Below are positions 38,501 through 50,500 of a stretch of 64,000 nt of DNA, one piece after another (the stretch's first letter is position 1; each line of letters starts with the position of its first letter). The notes beneath the pieces are model-generated. The model had not been told where the DNA came from and ran no database searches. It worked only from the letters and a program-made list of their open reading frames with translations. This DNA comes from Okamejei kenojei (taxonomy: Eukaryota), in assembly GCA_035221665.1 (NCBI GenBank), contig CM069145.1, positions 28,582,001 through 28,646,000 of the forward strand. Reading direction: 5' to 3'. Made by a program: the position numbers and the translations under genes.

Positions 38501-41500
38501 GAGTTGGGTGGAGAGGACTGAAAAAGAGATGTGGGGATGCAGCAAAACCTAGCAAATAATAGGCGATTAGAGATGAAGGGAATTTGATTGGCAAATAGGT
38601 GGAGTAAGTGACAAAGTCTGGAGGTGAAACAGAGACACCAGGGTGTCAGATGTGGAGCGCCTTGTAAATGTGGAAGGGGAGTTTTGGATGGAAGGGGACA
38701 GGAAAGATTGGGGGGGGGGGTTAGTGGGGGGGGGGGGGAGGGGGAAGGATAAAAAGGAAATGTGGAACTTGGGGGGATGGGAGGTGAAAGGAGTAGGGTG
38801 ACTGGGAGAGTTGGAACTTGAGGGGGAAATATATGTGCAACGTGGGGTTGGGGATAGGACAAAGAGAAGTGGGTAACAATTGAAATTAGAGAAATCTCCA
38901 ATTATAGGTAACTAATCAAAACCAAAATGTGTCAGATGTTGCAAATCTGAATAAATAGATTTGTATTAGCAAATAATTATTTCACATATCACCCGTCTTT
39001 CACTCAAAAAAGACTATACTTTGTATAATTGAGTGTTCCAGTTAGACTCAGTACCACTATTAATGATGATAATTACCTTAGGTGTAAGATTATATCATTC
39101 TGGTATCAATAAAGACTTAATTTGCTTAACCCCCTTCAGTAAGAAATACCAAGCCTCAAACCCATGTTCATATATTTTGCAAATAAATATTTTTAGACAT
39201 ATATTTACTTTTTAATATATAACTAACCTCTCCAATGATTCTCTGAATGAACAACCTTGCTACTGAAAGTAAATAACAAGGCTATTCTGAAAAGTTCAAA
39301 CCACAATAACATGGGTCCTGCCACAATGGTTTACTGACATCATTGACCAAATTCTATCCTTCCTTTAAAGTTCAGCATCAAACCATCACGTTCTTGCTAA
39401 TGTTTGCAAAACAGTGGCGCTTCCAGATGCTGGGGTATAGTTGCATCAAAACTCAGAAAATGAGTAGTTAGAACAATTTGTCCAGGAAAAGAGGATGCTC
39501 AAGGATTACAGTCAGTACAAACACACCCCGACTAATGCAATAGGTGATTTAAGTAAACTCGTACTTGCGTTAACAAATTTGTAATCAAGGCAGGTGTAAT
39601 TTCCACCAAACTGTACGAGCACTCAAATTTACATCAGAAACAAGCCGACAATGGTGGCGGTGCTTACCCAGAAGCCCACGTGCTGCAGAAAGTGCCCCGA
39701 GCGCAGACAGACGCCGCTGAGACAGTTAATATTCTCAGTGAGTTATTTCTGGCAGGGGATGGGAATGGTGATTCCGATTTACTTCAATTCTGACATACGT
39801 AAGAGTTGACGGAACATAACCCTTACGTAAGATGGGGAGTGCCTGTACAAGCTATTCCCACAAGGCTGCACCTAGTCTTCGCCCTAAGCTTCTGTCGGTA
39901 AAGTGAAAGCATCTGAGCTTTCCCCGAGGGAAGTGAACATGGTTGAAAATATCCTCTCGGGATCTAAATAAACGTTGATGGTGCAATTTTGCTGGAATTT
40001 AATTTTTAGAGGCATTAAAAAATAAATTGTGTCAGCGAATAGAGATACTCTAAGATGCATATTGACACAAATAATTCTAAAAGTCTAAAGAACCCACTGA
40101 TATTCATTATTTTTCTTCAAGAACATGTTTTGCAATTTGTGGAGGGAGATTGTGCCATTCTAACACACAGCGTAAGTATCACCGAACAAGACAAATGAAT
40201 TAGTTGAAACAAATGATTTGACTTGGTGACAGAATCAGATCTGACAATGAAAACCTGTTAGCTCAGTGCCGTGGCCGGCACAGAGACACAAGAAGGTGTG
40301 AACAAGCAAACCTTTTCAGATGGAGTTGTCTGTGTCGCTTTTGCCATTATCGTATAATTACTTATATTGGCAAATCATTATTTCCAGTCTCTTGCTCCCT
40401 TCTCCCAAATGCCAGCCTGAATAATCAAATAATTTCTTCATACATGCTAAACGCCTGGGTCCTGAACCTTGAATTCAAGTTAATTCCTTGCCATCTGGAC
40501 TGTGCAAAGCAGGTGGTGTTGACAAAAAGAAGAAGTTGGCAACTCATGGAGTTTGTGTGGGAAGGAACTGCAGGTGCTTGTTTATACCGAAGATGGGCAC
40601 AAAATAATGGAGTAACTCAGCGGGTCAGGCAGCATCTCTGAAGAAAGGGAATAGGTGACGTATCGGGTCGGAACACTTCTCCAGTCTGAAGAAGGGCTTC
40701 AATGGGTTCTGAGCCAAAACGTCACCTATTCCTTTTCTCCAGAGATGCCGCCTGACCCGCTGAATTATTCTAGCATTTTGTGTCTAATTCATGGACAATT
40801 ATTTGGCCCGAACAAGGATTAGGAATTATTAAATTCTGACATCGTCCGGTTCCACGTTGGTCAAATGGATGACTTCTTAAAACTACTCCTTGATTTACAA
40901 GGTGGGCCATCCAGTTGGTGAAGCATCAGCCTATTCATCGGGTTGATCTGTGCAAATCCCTGCTTGAGAGAAAAGCAGTTTCAAATAAGATCTTTATGGA
41001 GAGGGCTTTGTGCTCATCATGATTTGGTTCCAAATATGAGTATTTCCTATTTACAGGATGGCCAATAATGACATTCAAAATGTACACAAAAATTGATTAC
41101 AAATTTGGCACAGTGGTAGAGTTGCTGCCTTACTGTGCCAGAGACCCAGGGTTGATCCTGACTATGGGTGCAGTCTTCATGGAGTTTGTACTTTCTCCCT
41201 GTGACCTGCGTGGGATTTCTCCAGGAGCTCCGGCATCCTCCCACATTCCAAAGATGTACAGATCTGTAGGTTAATTGGCCTCTGTAAATTATCCCTAGGG
41301 TGTAGGATGGAACAAGTGTGCAGGTATTTGTTAGTTGGCATGGAATCGGTTGGCCGAAGGGTCTGTTTCCACACTGTATCTCCAATACAAAAACTAAACT
41401 AAAAACAAGAAAGCTGGAAGCCACTACAAGGAATAGGAACAGGAATGAGCCATCTTGAAAGTGGTCTTTGAAATAGTTTCATGAGCTAAACAAAGAAAGG

Positions 41501-44500
41501 TGACCTGATAGAATGTAACTTCAAGCCTTCTCTGCCATTCATCAAGGTTTTGCTGACCTTGCTCAGGGCATTGTTTTCGTCTCCCTCAATACCTTTGATT
41601 TCCAAAATGTATCAATCTTTCTTCTTGAGGAACTTGATTACTGAGCCTCCATAGCCGTCTGGGTAGAGAATTCTAAAGTTCCACCACCCTCTGCATGAAG
41701 AAATTTCTCCTCATCCAAATCATACATGACTCTTCCTTTATTGTGAGACTGCAACTAGACTCCTCAGTCCACTTTGTCGAGCTCCGTCAGAATTTTGTAA
41801 GTTTTAAGAGATCTCTCATTCTTCTATCAGTAGAATGACCAGTGAACTTTAGGGAAACTTGTCAATTCAATAGGAACAATGCCATATGAACAGGTTTGCT
41901 TACATTGCACGAGTCCTATTCCCACCACAACACCCATCAAACACTATTTAACATTGGTGATTTATACAAAGCGTATTGTGAAAGGAGCAACATCATAGTC
42001 AGGACAAGCATCAGGCAATAGTGGTGCCAGAAGTAGAACATCAATAACACTCAGGAGCAAACCTTTCTCAAGAGTGGTCTTTGAAATTGTTTCTTGAGCT
42101 AAACAAAGAAAGAAGATGAGATAGAAAGCAACTTCAAAAATTGAGAGAAAAACAAAATGAGAATGACATGGACAACATCAGTTCACTCATCAAATCCATT
42201 TCTCCAAACCACCAAGACTTCATCAATTTCAATTCCAAAATGGCTGGAGTTGGAAGCTAACCACTAACAACCGAATATATTGTCCATGATAAAATTTACA
42301 CCTGATAATGAACTACCAGATCAAATCGTGCGTAGACAAAAAATGCTGGAGAAACTCAGCGGGTGAGGCAGCATCTATGGGGAAAAGGAGTAGGTGACGT
42401 TTCAGGTCGAGATCAAATCGTGCAATGGTTAACCAAATTTGTTTGAAGAACACAGGAAAAAAAAAATCATATTTAATCGGCTTTAACATACTTCTGAATA
42501 ATTAGAATAACTTCCAGTCAAAAAAAGGTAGATTATTGTTAAGGTGACCTAATCTTCGTTAGTCATCAGCATTTATTTTAGAAACAGTTAACTGTGTTTG
42601 ATCCGGAAGTATTACAAAAATCACCTTAATTAACTACATCAATGGAGAGACACACCTTAATACAATTTAAAATCTTACACAGATTATACTATTCAAAAAC
42701 TAAAATAAGTAAACTTTTTCCCAACGTCTCACCTATACGTGATAAATGTCAATGTCAAGAAGCTAATATAGCACACTCATTTGTCTTTTGTACAAAAATT
42801 CAAACATTTTGGACTGAAATTTTTGAAATTTTCACAAAAATATTTACAATAAAACTGACCCCGGAAGCAGACTGGATAATCTTCCGGATATCGGAAGATT
42901 GCCCCGAATTAAATGTGTTTTCAAAAGACTCTACTTGAATATGACTTAATAACTGGAAAAAAGCTAATCTTAAAATTCAGGAAAAATTCTCCGGTACCAA
43001 CAGTCAATATGTGGATTTCAACTATGTTCGAAACACTACACTTGGAAGATATGAGACTCCGACTAGCAGGAAAATCAGACTGTTTTTATAAGACGTGGTC
43101 TGCATTTATAAATCTATTACAAGGATAAGGTGCAAGAATACCTCAAAAAAGTACCGGTGTCGGGTCTTGGTAAAGGGGGAAGAAAAACTGTCGAGTTGGT
43201 AGATTCCTTTTGCGAGATGTTTATAATAAAGTAACTGGCTTTTCTTTTTTCTTTCTCTATTTTTCCCTTTTTGTTTTTTTTCCCCCTCTCCAGGGTCTAT
43301 CTCTTAATTCCCGTTTCTAACTCTTCAAGGGTTTCCTTTCCCTCTGTCACGCTTTTGCACTTTCACATCTCTTTTTCACTTTTCTACTTTCTATGCTGCT
43401 ATTTTTCTCTCTATTCTCTCTTTTCTAAAACCTTAAAATAAAAAATAAAAATTAAGGGGTACAATGACTGTAATACAATACAAAGGATGTACACTGATGT
43501 AACTTACAGTACCGCTAATAAATAAAGAATTAAAATAAAAAAAAAAAAAATAAATGGAGAGAAAATGAATTGCGTTAACTCAGTCTACATTGACGTGCCT
43601 TTTGATGAAATCATTGGATGGTGATGGTAATTACGATAGTGGCATTTAAATGCTTTCAGATGTTCACATGGATATGCAGGGAATGGAAGGATATGGGTCA
43701 TGTTTTACATTTTGATCTAATGACACAGAATACATTAAGGTACCAACACAAAATACTAAGTAGAATAATTTCATCCAAAGGCACTTCAGTGTAGACTGAG
43801 TTAACACTATTTGGTTACTCTCCATTGATATAGGTGATGAAGGTGACTGTTTTAACACTTCTGGATCAAATGCAGCAAACTGCTTCAAAAGAATAGCTGG
43901 TGACTAACAAAGATTAGGTTCCATGAACAATAATTTACTTTCCTGTACTTGCATCAACTCTGTTGTGGGATAAAGTAGCAGAGTTCTCCATTAGTAACAG
44001 TGGATGACAGGAGGAAATTAAAATTCACTGCTTTGTTGAATCGGTGACCTGAATTAATGCAACATCACAGGGAGTATTCAAGTTAACAATGTTAACAGGG
44101 AAAATCATCATTGTTCAAATTGAAGGGTCAACTACCGAGAAATTGCATTTCACTCTTTCTTGATGTAATATCATAAATGTACACAACACACTTTACAGGA
44201 GCCAGATTACAGGACACAGAAAGTTCTACAGGAGTAGCAACATGTGCCGTCACTCACAACTCGTTCTCATCATGAGGGAAGTCCTGCTCATTTTGTGCAG
44301 ACAGCTTTCACTGAAGATTAACGTGTGGATATCAGGAACCAGGGTGGAAATGTCAAAGACTAGAGGGGAAAGCTTTAAGGCAAGAGGGGGAAAGTTTAAA
44401 GATGTGCAGAGCATGTTTTTTGTTTAAGTACAGAATGGTTGGTGCATGGAGCATGCTGCTGGGGCTGGTGGTGGAGGCAATAATGATAGTGGCATTTATA

Positions 44501-47500
44501 AAACGTTTCGACAGGCACATGGGTATGAAGGGAATGGAGTGATATGGGTCGTATGCAGGCAGAGGAGATTAGTTTAACTTGGCATCATATCTGTCCAGCA
44601 CAGACATTGTGGGCCTGTTACTGGGCTGTACTGTTCTACGTTCTGACTCGCTTAGGCAAAATCTTCATGATCATGTTGGAGGTGAGAGCGAGCAGCCTTC
44701 CAACAGCATGGTAAAGCTCTATTTGAACTTAAACATGGTAGTGAAACAGAAAAGGCCTTAGGTGTGTAAGTTCTACTAAAATAGTGTAATTTCAGCGTTA
44801 TTTGATTTTATCTTCATTGATATCAATGATTCCAAATTCTTTGGCTTTATTCGGGTCAAATCACACCCTTCATTTTATGTTAAGTACAATTTTGCCAATC
44901 TAGACCCAATGCGATTTGAGCAGAATAAAATGTAATAATCGATGCAATTTCCAGGCCACATTTTGTAAAACTTAAATTCATCTGATCAGCTGTTAACACA
45001 CTAGTTAAAGGAGCAAGTTGGTACTCTGTTCAGCATAGCATCAACGCGACAGGCCGATATTACATTGTAGCCTGTTTCACAGTAAACCTATTATTATATT
45101 GTACATATATCAATTGAAGACAACAATTATACGGCATAAAACAATGCAATGTTGTTTCAGAGTTCTGCTGCCAACTTCAACCTCAAATCAGTGGCACGAT
45201 TTTACTGCAGATGTAATTGTTGGGTCTTCAAAGTGACTTGCCTCTCTTTTACATTAGTCGGGTGCAACCCAAACACTTTTTTGTGAAAGTTATCCATTTC
45301 CTCTGTAATTTCTCCCCTACATTTTATAAAAACATACATTTTAGCTGTTCCTCTCACAATGATTTAGTCCTTATTACGGAGAAGTGTCTATTCCATTATG
45401 AATATTTCATGATTTCATTTGCTCCTACTTTTCTTGTGAAATTAATATTTGCATATTTCGCTTGGGTAGTTTAAATCCTTGACCCTGAGTGGTTGGTGCA
45501 GGCAGAGGAGATTAGTTTAACTTGGCATCATATCTGTTCAGCAGAGATGAATATTGTATGAATGTTGAACTTGCCAATTTTAGGGAACAAAAATCCTTCC
45601 CACACTCTCCTCCACTCCTCCAACCCCTACCCAGTGCCCCACCTGAGTGCACACACCCATTTCTCCCTCTATTCTGCCCCCCCCCCATTCCTTTCCCCTA
45701 CCCTCCCATCCTCTTCCACCAATATGCCTTCCTCAAGCTTCATATTTCACTCTGATTCTCGACATCTTGCAGCCTTTCATCTTTTTTTTCCATCTCTTGG
45801 CTTTGTCAACTGCACTCAACCCCCCCCCCCCCACCCACCCGCACCCCCTCCCAACTCACTTCTACACACCTATCATTTGCCATGCTTTGTTCCCCCCCCC
45901 CCCCCCCCAACTGTTTTTCCAGCATTCTCCCTTCTACTACAATTAGTCTGAAGAACAGTCTTGTCCCGAAACATCATCTATTCATGTCCTTCAGAATCTA
46001 TCTGACCTGCTAAGATACTCCAGCACTTTGTGTATTTATTTGTTATATTTTCTTCCTGTACATAATAAACTATGGAAATTCTGGTTTAAATCTTGCCTCT
46101 AATTTTTATTATTTTTTATTAATTTTATTATTTTAATAGACCTGGATACCAAATCTGCACTTATGTAAACTCCAAACAGTATCGGTGCCATTAATATCCC
46201 AGCAAGCTCCTAATTATAGAACAAAGTGAACAGGCTCGAAAGATAAATTGAACATGTTGTAACCCTCCCTGTGGTTTCAGGTTAAAAACACAATCACCTT
46301 TGCAAAACGGTGTGCCATGGTTGAATGAACGTTAAGCAAACTTTGTTGATTTTTGATTAGGAGGCCCACCTATTCATTTCCTTGAGAAAATATTAAGCCG
46401 ATGTTTTCACAGTGCCATGGGATGAGAGGTGGAGCATCGGAGCCAACTTCAGGGATCAAGGATTTGAACTACACTGAGTAAGTTTAGCAGCAATTCCCAC
46501 CTGCTTCTTGGGTGACGCTCAAAAATTCTGATGTTCCTCGACCAAGAGGGCAGTTGTAGGTCTCAGGCTGGTAACCAATGACAAAGTCATCAGACAACTC
46601 ATAATAATGCAGAGTAATTGTTGGGTCTTCAGGCTTGCACCTGCTTGTTTGATATGTATAGAACCATCATGGGTACTAACATCCGCACCATCAAAGGGAT
46701 TTACTGCCTCAAAAAGGCAGCCAGCATCATCCGAGATAGCACCAACTTTGTGGGCTGAAGGGCCTGTTTCTGTACTATTCTGTGTCCTATTATCATAGCG
46801 GATCTGGTCACATTCTCCGTGCTGCATTCCTCCCTGTCACTTTTCTCCCACTTGCTTCTTAATAATGTATCTACCTCTATAGTAAAATAATTCATAGTCC
46901 CTTCAGGGGGAGTCCCAAAGACTCGTGACCTCACAGAGAGAAATAAAAATCACCTCACCTCTGCTTTAAATGGGAACCCATTATTTTTAAACAGTGACCC
47001 CTAGTTCCAGATGCTCCAGTAAAAGAAAATATTCTCTCTACCTAATTTCTCTGCATTTACATTTAATTCCACCAGCAATAAAGAGTAACGTTATTAGCTT
47101 TCCTATTTACACGCTGCAACTGTATCCTATCCTTATGTGCATCATCAAACTGGATACTCTGAACACACTACATTTCTCACCATTACGATAATTCACAAAA
47201 AAAATCTGGCTAATTTGCACTAACAAATATTAATGTGTCATTACTGTTTTTTAAAGTATCAAATAAAATCCTCGCGACTGCCTGACTGCGCCACATACCA
47301 TGACATCCAAAAACAGATCTTTGAAACACTTGCTATCGGGTTAAATGTGGTGGAAGGAGCTGCAGATGCTGGTTTAAACCGAAGATAGACACAAAAAGCT
47401 GGAGTAACTTAGAGAGTCAGGCAGCATCTCTGGAGAGAAGTAATAGGTGACGTTTCGGGTCGAGACCCTTCTTCAGACTGAAAGTCATGGGAAAGGGAAA

Positions 47501-50500
47501 TGAGAGATATCGACGATGATGTAGAGAGATATAGAACAATGAATGAAAGATATGCAAAATAAGTAACGATGATAAAGTAAACTATGATAAATTAGCTGTT
47601 TGTTGCGTGAAAACGATAGTGCTGGTGCGACTTGGGTGGGGGAGGGATGGAGAGAGAGGGCATGCCGGGCTTACCTGAAGTTAGAGAAATCAATATTCAT
47701 GCCACTAGGTTGCAAGCTGCCCAAGTGACAATCAGGTTTCGGAGGTTACGGTACACCAGCCAAATACTACTCATGACGTGTTTAGGAAAATAATGTTAAA
47801 AATGAAGTTATAGATAGCCACCAAAAGCCCTCAAGCAGGCATGTCAGTAGTCAAACCTTAAGATTATTATGAACAATAATTGTGATTATTTTTCATGTAT
47901 AAGGTGTGATTGATGTTTTGCATCTGATTAACCCTGTGCCAGATTATGAATGCATCGAGAGTAGAAAGACAAACAATGACAATGTTTTTTTCCTCCTGAC
48001 ATGCCTGATTGAAGGCATCTTATGCATTACTTCTAACAAAATTGTACTCAAAAGATTGTAGACTAATCAATCTTCGTAAACAAGATAACTTAAAGGGGGT
48101 TTCATGGAGACAAACCCCTCACTTACAAGCAAGGAACAACTCGGAATAGAATTGATGAAAGATGTGCTGTGATGGACTTCCAAACTCTTTGAACCACTTC
48201 CATGTTTACAAACATATAGATTCTTATTGCTATTCTCAAAGTGAGCTCACCCTTTGTTTTTCTTCAATCCTGGTCGACTTTTTACAGTCGGGATGCCAAA
48301 CTGTAGAGCCTATTTTAGGGAAAAAAATAGAACGTGAACATTAACATGAAGTGATGACTTGTTTCAATAAATGAGTTTCGTCATGTATTACATTCCTTAA
48401 TTCATTTTTGACTAGCTAATAGACAACAGTGGAATGAGTTACACAAAGAAAACAACATAAAACCTTGCAAAACAACCGCTGAATTAAAATGTTCAATACC
48501 ATTGGAGCCGAGAGGAAAAGGCCTATTTCCTCAGCATTAATGACAGCCTATGGGAGAACCTGACATAGTTATAAAAATTGAATTTAGTTTAACATAAGAG
48601 CATCCAGAAAAATACATTTATTTCAAGCGACAAGTATTTTAGAAATCGAATTACCATACTGCAGGAAGCAATCCTCAGCCCATCAAGTCTATAACGGCTA
48701 CTGGTAAAGCAATAAGGTCAGTGCCATTAACTTTCTCCAGAGCATGGCAATTTATTTTCTTTTAACTGCCTATCCAATTCCCTTTTTCAGAAATCAATTC
48801 CTTCTGCATTCACCATCCCCCAGATAGTGAGTTCAAGATCATGGTCAATCTTTAGGTAAAACAAAAATCCTCAAATTCCCCTTGTATCCTTTATCTGACC
48901 TTTTAAATCCGTCCTTCCATTCTTTGAACCATTTGCTAATGGGAGCAGGTTCTCTTAACCTTAACCTTACCTGAGGTATCACACATTCGTCAAATCTCCT
49001 TTCAATGTTTTGTTCTAAACACTCATCCTTCAGTCAAAAAAGAATATGAAGTACTGGAGTAACTCAGCAGGTCAGACAGCATCTTTGGAGAACATAGATA
49101 AGCGACGTTTCGAGTCGACACCCTTCTTCAGAGGGGCTTGACTCGAAATGTCACCTAGCCATGTTCTCTCGAGATGTTGCCTGATCCGCTGAGTTACTCC
49201 AGCACTTTGTGTCCTTTTGTCTATTAACCAGCATCTACAGGTCTTTGTTTCTATTCCTTCATTCTAATATTTTTGCTGCTCTCCCTCTTCCCGGAAACGT
49301 TACTATGATTAATTCTTTCATGTGGGTGAATATTTCTGGTGGATATTCCTTGTTGCAGTATTAACAAAAGTGTTATTCCCTTATCATGTATCTATACACT
49401 GTAAATGGCTCGATTGTAATCATGTATTATGTTTCTGTAACTGGTTAGCACGCAACAAATGTTTTTCACTGTACCTCGGTACACGTGACAATAAACTAAA
49501 CTGAACAACAGAGTTGCATATATCTCTCAATCTTATTCTGAAGACAATGGTTAAATGTTATCATGGCAGTCCGTTTTTTTTGTTCAGTTACTGACAATGT
49601 TGCAACTGGGAAACAATGACTTGAATGTACTGTCCAGTTAATCACCAAATTTAGCAATAATTTTGAACTACATTTTGACATTGATTCACTGCCTGACATA
49701 AGGTGGTAACAAAGGAAATGGAATGAAAGGTCCTCCTTGGTGTTATTTTACAACATTACACTCAGCTGCATAATAACATTACTGACTGGATATTCTCACC
49801 GTCAACTAATTGCTGCAAGTGTCTAAAATTACATCGAGGATCATAAAGTCACACAGCACAGAAACAAGCGCTTCAGTTCAACTTGCCTATACCCACCAAG
49901 GTGACCCGTCTACACTGCCCCACCTACCCATGTTTGGCTCATATTCCTCTACAACCTTTCCTATCATGTACCTGTCCAAATGTCTTTTCTGCATGGGTTG
50001 CGGAACCAGGGGGGCTGGGGGTGCTGCAGCCCCTCCACTTTTTTGGCAAGAGATGCTTCATAACCCGAAATGATCCGGCCCGCAGGCGTATTTTTCTCTT
50101 CTTCTGAGGACCTCCGCCATCCAGAATCTCAGAACAAGCGCACAGTGAGCGCGGCAAAACCTCAACCAGCCGTGGCGGAAACCGGCTGCCCCCCAACACC
50201 CTCCCTCCCCTCCGCTCAATGGCCAATCAAGCTCGGTCGCTCCGCTCCTTCACCGGGTACCCCCCGAGGCCGGAGATCAGTGATCGTGTCAGCCCCGCCA
50301 TTTTCAAAAACGTTCCGTGGCCCCTGTTCTGTGATTGAGAAATCCAGAATGTCTCAACATCTCTTTGATGATACAGCATAAAACATAGAAGCGTACTGCA
50401 GAGGAGCAGGCCCTTCAGCCCACTACGTCAATGCCAAACATCATGCCAAGTTAAATTGATGCACTTGATGGATGTTGATTCCTGGGGAGTGGGATCTCAG

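Noticed and set aside
38410-38901. 163-aa proline-rich ORF (similar ORFs at 45562-45951 and 20245-20469)
   Set aside because: Translation of the G-rich Penelope UTR and homopolymer runs
39660-39730. Minus-strand gtaag donor with a GC-rich upstream stretch, as a possible ABLIM1 exon
   Set aside because: Lies inside a Tigger-like MITE and shows no ABLIM-like peptide
40865-40980. Good minus-strand NAGNAG acceptor (ttttctctcaagcag)
   Set aside because: The phase-0 frame reaches a stop with no compatible donor
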